From the NCBI GenBank assembly GCA_037310415.1, contig CP147780.1:576001-640000 (forward strand): DNA of 64,000 nucleotides, read 5' to 3'. The translations under genes were made by a program, and so were the position numbers. The notes beneath the pieces are model-generated. The model made no database searches. It was given only the letters and a program-made list of their open reading frames with translations, and was not told the DNA's origin. Origin of the DNA: Candidatus Atabeyarchaeum deiterrae. Lineage in GTDB: Archaea; Asgardarchaeota; Atabeyarchaeia; Atabeyarchaeales; Atabeyarchaeaceae. Below, in pieces: positions 10,270-20,427 of the stretch. Position 1 is the first letter of the stretch; each line of letters opens with the position of its first letter.

Positions 10270-10411
10270 ACGGAGGCCACCCAAAATGCCTCTTTTATTG
10301 GGGTAAAAGCTGATCAGGTGGTTAGTAATGAAGTTGTCGGAAACCTTCACTCACTGCAAACAATAACCCAATGTAGAGGCATTTGATTATCGAGAATCGG
10401 TGTGGAGGCGA

Positions 10412-10561
10412 GTGGCTTAACAGGGTGATCTACACGGCAAATGCTCGAAATGTGGAACTGAGATCGAAGTTGAGCCACTAGGCAGTGGCCGAGTAATGGG
10501 TAAATGCAGGAACTGCGGAAGGGAGTTCGTGACGTCCATCTACTGGATGGAGAAGGGATAA
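10412..10561 (+). pseudogene. Small zinc-ribbon protein with a premature TAA at codon 3
   Basis: GGAGG ribosome-binding site, GTG GCT TAA, then QGDLHGKCSKCG...GKCRNCGREF. Confidence 0.55.
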
Positions 10562-10620
10562 GAAGAGACTTCCACGCCGCATACTGGACATATGCTTGGA
10601 TAGGTAGTTTCACTAATTCC

Positions 10621-10662
10621 TTCAACAGCCTTCTGGTCACACCTCTTCAATTCACTCTCAGG
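10621..10662 (-). repeat. Relic of atpB 3' end, copy 1
   Basis: Translates PESELKRCDQKAVE versus Atp[15 protein letters not shown]. Confidence 0.7.
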
Positions 10663-10713
10663 TGGCAATTAAAAATGCCGCAATGATCCATCGTCCGTGA
10701 ACTTGGTTTAGAA

Positions 10714-10753
10714 CACTTCTTTCCGCAGCGTCAGCATAATAGAAGATTTAAGA
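10714..10753 (+). promoter_or_regulatory. Promoter-like module (BRE/TATA, TTTAAG) repeated at 18350-18388
   Basis: CACTTCTTT...AATAGAAGATTTAAGA; the 16-bp core is identical at both sites. Confidence 0.6.
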
Positions 10754-10828
10754 GGCTTGCAGCGTTATTTCTATTGGAATGCGAAGGGGCGGAGTTCTTC
10801 CTTACCTTGAAAGAGTAGGTGGTGTGAA

Positions 10829-11218
10829 ATGTCAAAGCAGGGAAATAAGAATTGGGTATTTGAGGACAGCGAAGCCGTCATAGGCAATAACGTAGTAACC
10901 TTCAAGAGAAATGAAGATGCCATGTCGATGGTATCGTTGAGACATGTCGCAAGCGTTGATTTGAACTTCAATGTAGTCTACGTAAATATCGATCAAGGGG
11001 ACGCAAGTTCGCATGAGCCAGCTTTCTTCGAATGCAAAGCATCGACCAGAGAAGAAGCGAGATATTTCTTCGAAGCATTGAAGCAGAAAATGGATTTTGG
11101 CATACAAATGTCGAATCAGACAATGGGTTCAGGCACTCAGACAAGTTGCCCCTACTGTAAGAGCTTGATCGGTCCGAATGCCAAATTCTGTAGTTCTTGT
11201 GGTTCGAGCTTGAGTTAG
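10829..11218 (+). CDS. Zinc-ribbon domain protein (possible PH-like N-terminus)
   Basis: CPYCK...FCSSCG at the C-terminus. Confidence 0.65.
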   Translation: MSKQGNKNWVFEDSEAVIGNNVVTFKRNEDAMSMVSLRHVASVDLNFNVVYVNIDQGDASSHEPAFFECKASTREEARYFFEALKQKMDFGIQMSNQTMGSGTQTSCPYCKSLIGPNAKFCSSCGSSLS

Positions 11219-11399
11219 GCGAATGGGTCTAAGCTTGAGTATTAATTAGGCCGATATAGGTCCTCCCAATTTCATATTCAAAGTCAATCTCTTTTTGTTA
11301 ACTTTCCACTCAGCTCATTAAATAATGGCTTCATGCCCGCGCGCATGCCGCGAAAGTGATAGCCAATGGGATAGTTTGATTGTTTACTGATCTTAATTG

Positions 11400-11873
11400 T
11401 CATCGTATTGCTGACCTAAGGTGTTTTGGAAGGCGCAGTGATTGCCAATCTTGCCATCCTTGCCTTAGATTTTTTGGAAGGCGCCGTGTTTGCCAATTGA
11501 GTTCTTTGGCAATTATTGCCTCGGCATTAGCAGAATTGGTTGCTGCAACGACTTTAAGAGAATAGTAAGCAGCGCCGAAGGCGTGTTGGGGAACATGTGC
11601 AGTTGCCACCGCTTGGCCTGCTGCGTGCGCGGCAAAACAAGCCGCGTTATTTTCTTTCGCTTCGCGGGCGGCGGCGTGAGCTGCGAGCGCAGCCTTGCGT
11701 ATGTCGGCCATCTTAAACACGCCTGTGCGAACCCATGTTCGGCATGCTTCTATTGCTTTGCGGGGTCGGTCGTCCTTCGGGTATGTCTTCTCGAAAAATG
11801 GAAGTACTCGTTCGGCGCAGTCCGCGGCCCAGATTGCCAGCGATCTCTGATCTTGTTTGTTGAATTTCTTCAT
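11400..11873 (-). CDS. Imm5-like putative immunity protein
   Basis: LAIWAADCAERVL...DDRPRKAIE...AAHAAGQAVATAH pattern. Confidence 0.75.
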   Translation of the reverse strand: MKKFNKQDQRSLAIWAADCAERVLPFFEKTYPKDDRPRKAIEACRTWVRTGVFKMADIRKAALAAHAAAREAKENNAACFAAHAAGQAVATAHVPQHAFGAAYYSLKVVAATNSANAEAIIAKELNWQTRRLPKNLRQGWQDWQSLRLPKHLRSAIR

Positions 11874-12029
11874 TGCTTTTATTGTAATCGTCTGAATTTT
11901 ATAAGCGTATCTAGAATTTACCTGATGCTAAAAGTACTCTCAACAGATTCTAACCAGCGCACTAACTTTCAAATATGTGGGGTGATATACTCTAGGAAGA
12001 GTTGGGGATTATTAGGAGATGATTCTGTC

Positions 12030-13397
12030 TTGTCTGAGACCAAGAAGGTTCATGATCATATCGATGAACACTTCCAGGATCACTTGAAGGTTATGCAAGA
12101 GTATCTGAGGCAGCCAAGCGTCTCATCCACTGGAGAAGGTATGAAGGAAATCGTTGAGCTGACCCAGAAGTACATTGAGACAATGCTCGGGGGCTCGACG
12201 GAAGTCGTCAGCACTAAGGGATATCCTGTTGCGTATGGAGATGTCCAATCCAAGAAGAGCAAGAGAACCATGTTCATCTACGGAATGTATGACGTGCAAC
12301 CAGTCGAACCGCTTGATGAATGGGTCTCTCCCCCATTCGAAGCGAGGATAGTGGGTGAGAAGCTGATCGCAAGGGGCGCAATGAACTCGAAGGGGCCTCT
12401 TGTAGGCATGCTCTGCGCTTTGAAGTCGATCCTTGAAGTTACTGGAGACCTGCCGTTCAATCTCGTGTTCGGGGTGGAGGGTGAGGAGGAGCTGGGGAGT
12501 GTCCATTTGCCGGAGTTTGCGGAAAAGAAGTCAAGTGAACTCAAGCGTTGTGAGGCGCTACCTTGGTGGCTTCCCACTCAGGTCATGCCTGGAGCTCCCC
12601 CGGTCCTGAACCTTGGATTTAAGGGTATAGTCTACATGGAGCTTGAGTGTCAAACCAACCCATCGGACATTCACTCTGGTATGGCTAATATTATTCCTAA
12701 CCCTGTGTGGCGACTTGTTTGGGCGCTTAACTCTATGCGTGGACAGGACGAAGTACTCATCGATGGGTTCTATGATAATGTGCAGCCTCCGTCAACGGAA
12801 GACTTAGAATTGACTGATAAGAGCGCTCCGGTGGTTCTTGCAGCTACGCAAAGCATGTACAATGTCAAGAACTTCAGAAGTGATGTAAGAAACCCGAAAA
12901 CTGTGGCAAGGAACCTAATATACAAACCAAGCCCCATTAACATCGACGGCATCATAAGTGGATGGACTGGACCTGGAACAAAGACAATAACCCCGTCGAA
13001 AGTCATGGCTAAGATCGATGTTCGAATAGTGCCAAATATGACCACCCATGAGGTGGTTGATAAAATTAAATTGCATTTGAAGAAACACGGATTCGAGGAC
13101 ATTAAGGTGAATGTTCTTGGAGGCTATGAATGGGTCAAGACATCAATCAGGGATCCACTTGTTCAAGCCGCGATCAAGACGGTGGAGGAATTCGGCTACA
13201 AACCAGTGATAAACCCAATGATGCCCGCATCCGCACCATTCTACCTGTTCTGCAAGGAACCATTCAATATGAGAATGGTTAACGGAGGTCTAGGACATGG
13301 AGGACTTATACATGCACCTAATGAGTACTTGATGGTGAAGGACATTAGGAACTTTGAGAAGTCCTTCGCGTCACTTCTACTCAACTACGCCAAGTAG
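12030..13397 (+). CDS. M20/M25/M40 family metallopeptidase (dipeptidase-like)
   Basis: YDVQP, ARGA..SKG, EGEEELGS, IHAPNE; TTG start at 12030 after AGGAG. Confidence 0.9.
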   Translation: MSETKKVHDHIDEHFQDHLKVMQEYLRQPSVSSTGEGMKEIVELTQKYIETMLGGSTEVVSTKGYPVAYGDVQSKKSKRTMFIYGMYDVQPVEPLDEWVSPPFEARIVGEKLIARGAMNSKGPLVGMLCALKSILEVTGDLPFNLVFGVEGEEELGSVHLPEFAEKKSSELKRCEALPWWLPTQVMPGAPPVLNLGFKGIVYMELECQTNPSDIHSGMANIIPNPVWRLVWALNSMRGQDEVLIDGFYDNVQPPSTEDLELTDKSAPVVLAATQSMYNVKNFRSDVRNPKTVARNLIYKPSPINIDGIISGWTGPGTKTITPSKVMAKIDVRIVPNMTTHEVVDKIKLHLKKHGFEDIKVNVLGGYEWVKTSIRDPLVQAAIKTVEEFGYKPVINPMMPASAPFYLFCKEPFNMRMVNGGLGHGGLIHAPNEYLMVKDIRNFEKSFASLLLNYAK

Positions 13398-13564
13398 CTT
13401 GAACTGCAAAGTTTGAGGGGGAAAGAGAAGCGAAAGTCCTTGGTCTACTGAGAGATCCGGCAAAATTCTTCGGGGCTGTAAGACGTGAGAACTGGAAGTC
13501 TGCCTTTGGATTCTTTCAAGCAATCACGATATTCATTTCTATTGAACGCTGGAGCTGATACAGA

Positions 13565-14479
13565 ATGAGACATAGAAACCTTGCCTTGATGCTGTGCGTC
13601 TTCGTGTTGGGAATTCTTATTTACGCAGGTATGGTAATTACACCTCAACAGTTTTCACAAGATAATATTACAAGTGGCAATTACAGTTATGATGACATTC
13701 GACTAAAGCCGCCAGTGATCCCACCTCAACCGATAACACAGCCAGACGATAATAGTTTACGTATCCATACTTTGTATTATGACGTGAAGCTCGTTTCAGG
13801 ATTCATTAAATCGTTTCTTGTAAATGGAACGAATATCTTGAAGAATAGTGAGATAGAGACAATATATGGTCTGTCGATGAATGAGTTTGCCTATGGAGAT
13901 CATGTTGGCAATATGCTGTATGCGCTCCAATGTAATTACAGGGCAACGTATTCAGTAGAAGCAAGGAATAATGAAACAACAGTAAAGTGTATAGTAGCAG
14001 ACAACAATTTCTATTCTGTCAGTTTCCTATTCAACAACACTTTCATATTCAGTAACAACACACCTACGGTAGAGGTGTTCACAACTAGAATCATTGATTT
14101 CTCAAGAACATCTCATCGAACTTCGGCTAATCAAATCTGTTTCATCTTTGATGCGAGTTCAGTTGATGCGTATTTTGATGACGTGAATTTCTTCTATGCT
14201 AACACAACTATCTTCACGCCAAATCTAGACTCATCTTATGCTGGGTACATGTTGTCTGGCGGAATAAACTTCACCATCTCAATCATGGAAAGTTACCCGA
14301 TGCGCCCAGGCAATTGCTCTTTCTTGGGTACGAGCTTTGGCCCTAGTTTTATGGGTTACAATGAGATTCAAGTGACTTATCACGGATTGAGCGACAGTAC
14401 GACACCTGTAAGAATTGGAGACATACTAACAGAATCTTTGCATTACACGATCCTTTTCGAGAATGAAACAATTGGATAA
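13565..14479 (+). CDS. Secreted or membrane-anchored hypothetical protein
   Basis: N-terminal hydrophobic segment; many N-x-S/T sequons. Confidence 0.6.
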   Translation: MRHRNLALMLCVFVLGILIYAGMVITPQQFSQDNITSGNYSYDDIRLKPPVIPPQPITQPDDNSLRIHTLYYDVKLVSGFIKSFLVNGTNILKNSEIETIYGLSMNEFAYGDHVGNMLYALQCNYRATYSVEARNNETTVKCIVADNNFYSVSFLFNNTFIFSNNTPTVEVFTTRIIDFSRTSHRTSANQICFIFDASSVDAYFDDVNFFYANTTIFTPNLDSSYAGYMLSGGINFTISIMESYPMRPGNCSFLGTSFGPSFMGYNEIQVTYHGLSDSTTPVRIGDILTESLHYTILFENETIG

Positions 14480-14502
14480 ATAATCAGAGGTTGAGCAGGA
14501 CC

Positions 14503-14562
14503 TTCAATGGTCTTTGGATCACACTACTCCATCTCACCATCAGGAAATATCGAAAACAGCTC
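14503..14562 (-). repeat. Relic of atpB 3' end, copy 2
   Basis: Translates ELFSIFPDGEME*CDPKTIE versus Atp[21 protein letters not shown]. Confidence 0.85.
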
Positions 14563-14588
14563 CACAGGGGCTTTCTCATCAATTTGCT

Positions 14589-15560
14589 TTATTTATGCCT
14601 TCTAAAGAAGACACCCAGGTTCCGAGGGAGAATGCCGAGATCGTCTAGAATGTCAAGATGCATCAGTTTTCTAAGTGTTTCTTCAGGTAGCTTATCACGC
14701 GATGCGCCATCCAGTAGTAAGTGTGTTTCTTCTTCAGAGAATTCCTCTTCTTCTCCAATCCATTCCATGAATTGCTTGTCTAATGGGCAAGCTCGTTGGC
14801 AGCGCATGCATCCTTCGAGGCAGTTATGCCAGGAAGCATCCATCCAGCTTGGGAAGGGGACATCACCTTTCTTTTCGTTATGATAGGTAATACATCGCTC
14901 AGCCCGCAGGAGGAAGCGATCCGAAGGAATAGCTCCGGTTGGGCAAGCTCGACGACACAGTTCGCATTTCTCGCAGTTGGGCAGCATTGTTGCTTCCTGC
15001 CAACTGTCTTCTTGGCAAGGCATGTCGGAGTAAACGGCTACAAGTTGGAGAAAACTTCCCATGCCAGAGACATAGCAGAGGTTGTTCCTGCCGTATTGCC
15101 CTAGACCACTTCGCACTGCCAATAGTTTTAGAGGCAATTCGGTTCCCGTTGACCTGTAGCCTTTTTCGCCGAGTATTTTTGCGAGAAGTTTCTGGATTTT
15201 TTCTGTTACGTCTTTGTATGCCGTGTAAGTAGGAGGAATGATGAGGGGACGGCGTTGTCCCTTCCAAGTGAAAATCGCTCGAGTCTGGGGTCTGGGAACA
15301 GCGACTACAATCATTGACTCTGCTTTTGGCAGGGTTTCTGGGATCTGGAAGCGAAGCCAAGCAAGCCGATCTTGGTAAAACTGATTGTCTAATAGTCCTT
15401 GATGATATTGCCCTTGTATATGTTCCTGCAGCAATTGCAGATGATGGATGGAAATCGCCCTTACCTGATAACCAAGATCTTTTAATCGATTAGGCAGTTC
15501 ATTGGCAAGCCTATTCATGAAAGAAGACAACATGTAAGCCACATATAAGCGCGACCGCAC
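14589..15560 (-). CDS. Epoxyqueuosine reductase (QueG)-like 4Fe-4S double-cluster protein
   Basis: LAVRSGLGQYGRNN, CEKCELCRRACPTGAI, C.GCMRCQRACP. Confidence 0.8.
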   Translation of the reverse strand: MRSRLYVAYMLSSFMNRLANELPNRLKDLGYQVRAISIHHLQLLQEHIQGQYHQGLLDNQFYQDRLAWLRFQIPETLPKAESMIVVAVPRPQTRAIFTWKGQRRPLIIPPTYTAYKDVTEKIQKLLAKILGEKGYRSTGTELPLKLLAVRSGLGQYGRNNLCYVSGMGSFLQLVAVYSDMPCQEDSWQEATMLPNCEKCELCRRACPTGAIPSDRFLLRAERCITYHNEKKGDVPFPSWMDASWHNCLEGCMRCQRACPLDKQFMEWIGEEEEFSEEETHLLLDGASRDKLPEETLRKLMHLDILDDLGILPRNLGVFFRRHK

Positions 15561-15681
15561 TCATGTGAGACAAGATTTTCCAAGCTTGTCGGAGAACACT
15601 GATATTTCTGATATCCATGTCTAGCTGCCCGAATTTGTGGACTGATTAGATTTATAAGGCAATGTTATACTTTATGTATCG

Positions 15682-16530
15682 TTGGTAAGCATGACAGATG
15701 CTAAGGATACAGAGAATGTAAGAACTGGACTGAGCAGAAATGAGAGTCTACTACTGTCTTCTCTATCCGAAAGTGGCAAGACTATCTTCAGGATAGGTGA
15801 CATTGCAGTTGAACTAAAGTGTTCTTATGAGTATGCGAAAGTTCTTGCCCACAACCTGGTGAAAAAGAAGTGGATAATTGCTCTAACAAGAGGAGTCTAC
15901 CTCATAGTTCCATTAAGTGCAGGAGTAAAGTCACATTATACTGAGCACGAGTTTGTGATAGCTTCGTACCTTGCTTCGCCTTATTATATAGCATATTGGA
16001 GTGCTCTGAACTTCCATGGGTTTACCGAGCAGACACCTCTCACAGTCTTTGTCGCAATCACAAAAAGAGCAAAGAGTAGAGAGATTCTGAATGTCAAGTA
16101 CAACTTCGTGACATTAAGCGAAAGAAAATTCTTCGGCTTTGTACCAACGAAAATCGGCACATATGAAATCAATATCTCAGATCGTGAGAAGACATTAGTG
16201 GATGCTTTAGATCATTCTGAGTACTGCGGAGGCATACTTGAAACAGCAAGGTCTCTGTTGAATGCTAGGGAAAGGGTATCGATGGAGAAGATTGTCAAGT
16301 ATGCAGAAAGAGTGGGGAATACTGCAATAATCAAGAGGCTTGGATACCTAATAGAGAGTTTGAATCTAAATGTAGATTCAAAGATTCTCTTTGAAATGAG
16401 AGGATTGATTTCACCAGGAATGTCACATCTTGACTCTACATCTCCCAAAAAAGGTAGGTACAACACGAGATGGAACCTTTTGGTGAACGTCTCCAAGGAG
16501 ACTCTTGAAGAGTTGAGGCGAAGCTTTTGA
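15682..16530 (+). CDS. abiEi: AbiEi-family antitoxin / transcriptional regulator
   Basis: RGVYL, YIAYWSALNFHG.TEQ, SDREKTLVD, KRLGYL; overlaps the downstream toxin gene by 4 nt. Confidence 0.85.
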   Translation: MVSMTDAKDTENVRTGLSRNESLLLSSLSESGKTIFRIGDIAVELKCSYEYAKVLAHNLVKKKWIIALTRGVYLIVPLSAGVKSHYTEHEFVIASYLASPYYIAYWSALNFHGFTEQTPLTVFVAITKRAKSREILNVKYNFVTLSERKFFGFVPTKIGTYEINISDREKTLVDALDHSEYCGGILETARSLLNARERVSMEKIVKYAERVGNTAIIKRLGYLIESLNLNVDSKILFEMRGLISPGMSHLDSTSPKKGRYNTRWNLLVNVSKETLEELRRSF

Positions 16531-17321
16531 TATCATCAGAGCAAATAAGGAGAATTGCGAGAGAGGAAAAACTCGCGGCTGGCGTTGTAGAGAAAGACTA
16601 CGCGCTCACATGGTTATTGAAAGGAATCTATCTGATGGGTAGCGGCTTGGATGATAAATTCGTTCTGAAGGGAGGTACTGCGATTAGAAAGGTCTATTTC
16701 CCTCAGACTTGGAGATTCTCGGAAGACCTAGACTTCACCGTTGCTGGGGCTATGAAACCTGAAGGCATAAAAGAATCTATTCAACGTGTACTCAAAACGC
16801 TTTTCCAAGAGAGCGGCATCAACTATTCGCTTGAATCGTTCCACTCGACAGAGGGATCAGTAACGGCTGAAGTCCAGTACGTTGGCCCATTGAATTTCAC
16901 AAATAGAATTAAGCATGACATTAGTTTGAGCGAGAAAATGGTATTGGAACCGGAACGTCGACCTGTTAGGACCATCTACTCGGATCTACATGAGTTCGAT
17001 TTGGTTGTCTACTCTTTGAATGAGATCCTCGTGGAGAAGATTAGGAGTATTATTCAAAGAGGCTACTCGCGCGACTATTATGATGTCTGGAGATTGTTGA
17101 GGGGGAATGGATTCAGGGATTCTGACATAAAAAGGCTTCTGAAAAGGAAATGCGAATTGAATGGGGTAAAGTGCGAGCCAAGTCTGCTGTTTGATGAGAA
17201 AAGACTGAGCGAGGCGCAATCATATTGGGAAAAAGGATTGCAGTACCTAACTAAGGAATTACCTCGGTTCGAGGTTGTCATTTCGGAGATGAAAGGGAAG
17301 CTGAGCTTCCTGCAAGAATAA
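16527..17321 (+). CDS. abiEii: AbiEii/AbiGii nucleotidyltransferase toxin
   Basis: EKDY, LKGGTAI, RFSEDLDF, EKIRS, RDYYD. Confidence 0.92.
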   Translation: MISSEQIRRIAREEKLAAGVVEKDYALTWLLKGIYLMGSGLDDKFVLKGGTAIRKVYFPQTWRFSEDLDFTVAGAMKPEGIKESIQRVLKTLFQESGINYSLESFHSTEGSVTAEVQYVGPLNFTNRIKHDISLSEKMVLEPERRPVRTIYSDLHEFDLVVYSLNEILVEKIRSIIQRGYSRDYYDVWRLLRGNGFRDSDIKRLLKRKCELNGVKCEPSLLFDEKRLSEAQSYWEKGLQYLTKELPRFEVVISEMKGKLSFLQE

Positions 17322-17323
17322 GG

Positions 17324-17443
17324 TTACTTGTAGCAATTAGCCTTACGCGCATCACCAATAGTCTTAGGATCGCACCTCTTCATTTCACTCTCAGGAAACA
17401 CCGAAAGAAGCTCCCAAGCCAAATCAAGAGTCTGATCAATGCT
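17324..17443 (-). repeat. Relic of atpB 3' end, copy 3 (longest, 39 codons plus stop)
   Basis: [39 protein letters not shown]; 33 of 39 residues match the AtpB C-terminus, with many synonymous changes. Confidence 0.97.
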
Positions 17444-17568
17444 TAGAGGAGTCCGCTTGCTATTTGCGTGAAGCGCGTATCTCAACAACTTCGCAGAGAT
17501 CCAATCGATGTCAACCTTTGAATTTCAACAATTCTGAAGATCTGAGCAACGCATGCCAAAAAAAGACA

Positions 17569-18135
17569 TTAGGGCTTCTTCACTTCACGGTGTATCCACC
17601 AGACGAGCCCAATAACGATAGGAATTCCGAAAACAATTGCCGTCCAGACCAGTATCGTGATAATTGAGTCTACAACATAGTTCAGAGTCCAAGTAGCAAT
17701 GGCAACGTTCCAGTTTCCATCGATAAAGACCTTGATGCAGAACGCAATGAAGAGCAACAGCGGTATTCCACTTCCACCCCTTCTTGCACGTGAGCGTTTA
17801 CCGGAGAGGTGATATTCTCTCTTCTCCTTACTAGGCAGCCTTCTCCACCATAGCCAACCCGCCACTCCACCTACGACCGCAGGGACCCCAATAAAAAGAA
17901 GCTCCCAGAAAACCAAATACAAAATGAAAGTCACTACGTTCCCCATTGTCCAAAGACCCAAAGCCACAGGTACCAGGCCTGTCGACAGAGCACTCCCAAC
18001 GAACCATAAGAAGACATAAACTGCACCCACAAATGCTAGAATACCTGCTATCACAAATACGACAACTATGCCCCAATGTTTTCCCAGGAATTTCCTCCGA
18101 GCATCTGAACCACTTTCAGACTCAGTTCCTGACAT
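17569..18135 (-). CDS. Membrane hypothetical protein
   Basis: About 4 hydrophobic helices; GGAG ribosome-binding site and TATA-like TTATATA upstream. Confidence 0.7.
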   Translation of the reverse strand: MSGTESESGSDARRKFLGKHWGIVVVFVIAGILAFVGAVYVFLWFVGSALSTGLVPVALGLWTMGNVVTFILYLVFWELLFIGVPAVVGGVAGWLWWRRLPSKEKREYHLSGKRSRARRGGSGIPLLLFIAFCIKVFIDGNWNVAIATWTLNYVVDSIITILVWTAIVFGIPIVIGLVWWIHREVKKP

Positions 18136-18231
18136 CCTGAATCTCCTCTTCCTTCAAAACCAGAACAATTACAGTACTTGAATATGTGCCAAATATATAA
18201 GCATTGACATCGCGTGCGCCATTACGTACGA

Positions 18232-18315
18232 GCGATTAGCTTTCCGCGCAGCCTCAATAGTCTTCGGATCACACCGCTTCATCTCACCCCCAGGAAACAC
18301 AGATAACGACTCCCA
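18232..18315 (-). repeat. Relic of atpB 3' end, copy 4
   Basis: [28 protein letters not shown]. Confidence 0.95.
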
Positions 18316-18457
18316 AGATTCACATCCCAGTCGTGCGCTGGGCACGGATCACTTCTTTTGAAGCATCGACGGAATAGAAGATTTAAGAAGGACGGATGGC
18401 ACTGCTTACAGTGGCTGGGTGGGAGCGGACACCAGACTTCAAAAGATGGTGTTTCAG

Positions 18458-19273
18458 ATGAAAAGAACAATGAGAATATTCATGCCAATTGTTTTTGTCC
18501 TTGCAGTTGTAATGATTGCGCCTATTTTCCTTTCATTTTACTATCCAGTGTTTCAAAATATCTTCGTCGCGTATTGGAGCCTAGTCGCTACTATCATACT
18601 GGTTGGTTTGACCGCATGGTACTCTATTATGACAAGCGAGACATTGGCTGAGACTAGAAAGGAGAGAATGCGACCAACACTTGCCCACGTAGTGAGCAAA
18701 GCACTACCCCTCTTGATAGATGACCTTGACAGGGAGATCGCTTCCAAGAACTACGACTACCACAATGATCCGCCGTACTTTCACACCCTAGACCCCGAAG
18801 CCCACGTCGAGAACGAAAACGTAATGGAGAAGTTTTTCATGCAGAAGCTGCTCAAAGAGTATCCTCGAACAGCCTTGCTCGTCAAAGACCACAATGAACT
18901 TGTAACTAAACTGAAGAAATCATACGAGGAAATCTTCAAGTCACTATACACAGAGGACTTCAAAACGACCATCCAAAAGGCTATAGACGAATACAACAAA
19001 ACTGCGGAGAAACCCATTGACCACACCCCGGAAAGCTACGCAATAGAGTTGATAAACTACTCCGATGAATTCATGATGAGCCTCACGGCAGACGCATTTA
19101 TGTTTTACAGAGCAAAGAAAGACGTCTTGAAGGAGTTTCTGGTGCGGGAAGAAGTTCAAGAGAAGATAAAAACTCGTGATGAGATCTCCTCGAAACTCAA
19201 GGAAAGTGCAAGAGAACTGAAAGAAGAGTTTGAGAAGATACAGAGAACATTGGCGGAGGAATATCTGTTGTAG
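18458..19273 (+). CDS. Hypothetical protein with two N-terminal transmembrane helices and a helical C-terminus
   Basis: Long ORF; start set at ATG 18458. Confidence 0.65.
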   Translation: MKRTMRIFMPIVFVLAVVMIAPIFLSFYYPVFQNIFVAYWSLVATIILVGLTAWYSIMTSETLAETRKERMRPTLAHVVSKALPLLIDDLDREIASKNYDYHNDPPYFHTLDPEAHVENENVMEKFFMQKLLKEYPRTALLVKDHNELVTKLKKSYEEIFKSLYTEDFKTTIQKAIDEYNKTAEKPIDHTPESYAIELINYSDEFMMSLTADAFMFYRAKKDVLKEFLVREEVQEKIKTRDEISSKLKESARELKEEFEKIQRTLAEEYLL

Positions 19274-19509
19274 TCTTCGTGGATCCCGGTCAGAAGTCAT
19301 TTCATCTCCTTTCCTCTTGAAGTTCTCAAAGGAAAATCGCAATAGCAAACGGAGTGCGATGAAATGGAATCAAGGAGGCATCCTATTGAAACACTAGACT
19401 GTCCTTCAGGAAGTCACATTGACCCGATCAACAAGGCGAGCTAGGCTGTTGCGGACTGAGACATATACTCATACCTTGTTAGAGGCTTCTCTACGTTGTG
19501 AGTTGAGTG

Positions 19510-20397
19510 TTATCTTGAAGCTTTTCGCGGTTTCTGCGCTGGGTCGACGTGGATGACACAATGATGACACTCTGTCTCACGACTGACTTTGTCATGGACG
19601 TCTTCGGAAATCCTGTCTGCCTCTTCTATCGGGGTGCCTCTTGCCACTTCTATGTGGAAACCTGTGTGGACTATGTTTGGTCCGACATACTCGGCTATTA
19701 GATCATGGACGCCGAGTACCCCCTCGACTGATTTCGCAGTTGACTCTATTTTTCTCATGAATTGCTTGTTCGGTGCTCTGCCAACGAGGTAGCGGAAGTT
19801 GTCTTTGAAGAGGTATACGCCGCCTATGACGATTATTGCACCTATAATCATGGATGCTATTGCATCTGCTAGATAGTATCCTTGCGAAACTAGGTACACG
19901 CCTATCAAGGAAGGAACATAGGAGATCTCGTCTTTCACGAGTTGGACTAGCCCTGCTTTTGACGAAGCGCCTCTTTGCTTTACCCTCAGAATGCCAATCA
20001 TCGGAATTGCTAACACGAGCATGGATACTAAGATCGCTATCAGGCCGAGGCTGACGTTTTGGAGCGCACTGGATTCGGGTTGCAGAAACTTGTCGATAGA
20101 CTGACGGAAGACTTCGAGACCCATGAAAGATATGAAAATTACGGATGAGACGAGTGCCGCGACATTCTGTGTTCTTCCGCGACCAAACATGTAGAATTCA
20201 TCCGCTGGCTTCTTTGACCAGTATAGAGAAAGAAGAAGGAAGGCAGACACCAGTACGTCGCCGAGCACCTCCAACGCTTGCGCGAACAACACGAGGATGC
20301 TTGTCATAAAGTATGTCAGAAGTTGTAGAACAAAAATGATGGTGTAAGCTACGAAAGTGATTCTCAGGCCACGTGTTTCCCCGGCGTGTTCTGTCAT
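19510..20397 (-). CDS. Cation diffusion facilitator family transporter
   Basis: KKPAD...FG, transmembrane helices, C-terminal dimerization domain ending VIHVDP. Confidence 0.85.
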   Translation of the reverse strand: MTEHAGETRGLRITFVAYTIIFVLQLLTYFMTSILVLFAQALEVLGDVLVSAFLLLSLYWSKKPADEFYMFGRGRTQNVAALVSSVIFISFMGLEVFRQSIDKFLQPESSALQNVSLGLIAILVSMLVLAIPMIGILRVKQRGASSKAGLVQLVKDEISYVPSLIGVYLVSQGYYLADAIASMIIGAIIVIGGVYLFKDNFRYLVGRAPNKQFMRKIESTAKSVEGVLGVHDLIAEYVGPNIVHTGFHIEVARGTPIEEADRISEDVHDKVSRETECHHCVIHVDPAQKPRKASR

Positions 20398-20427
20398 TTG
20401 AGTCGTCCATCCGTCTATGACGCGTAG

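Noticed and set aside
11490-12029. N-terminal 180-aa extension of the M20 peptidase ORF
   Set aside because: It is the antisense shadow of the Imm5-like gene; the ribosome-binding site and homology begin at TTG 12030.
14524-14526. Pyrrolysine read-through of the in-frame TAG in relic 2
   Set aside because: It lies in a non-coding relic with no start codon; simple decay explains it.
19270-19310. Possible sixth atpB relic (TAGTCTTC..GGATC...TTCATCTC)
   Set aside because: Needs several indels and does not translate to the AtpB motif; cannot be separated from chance by eye.
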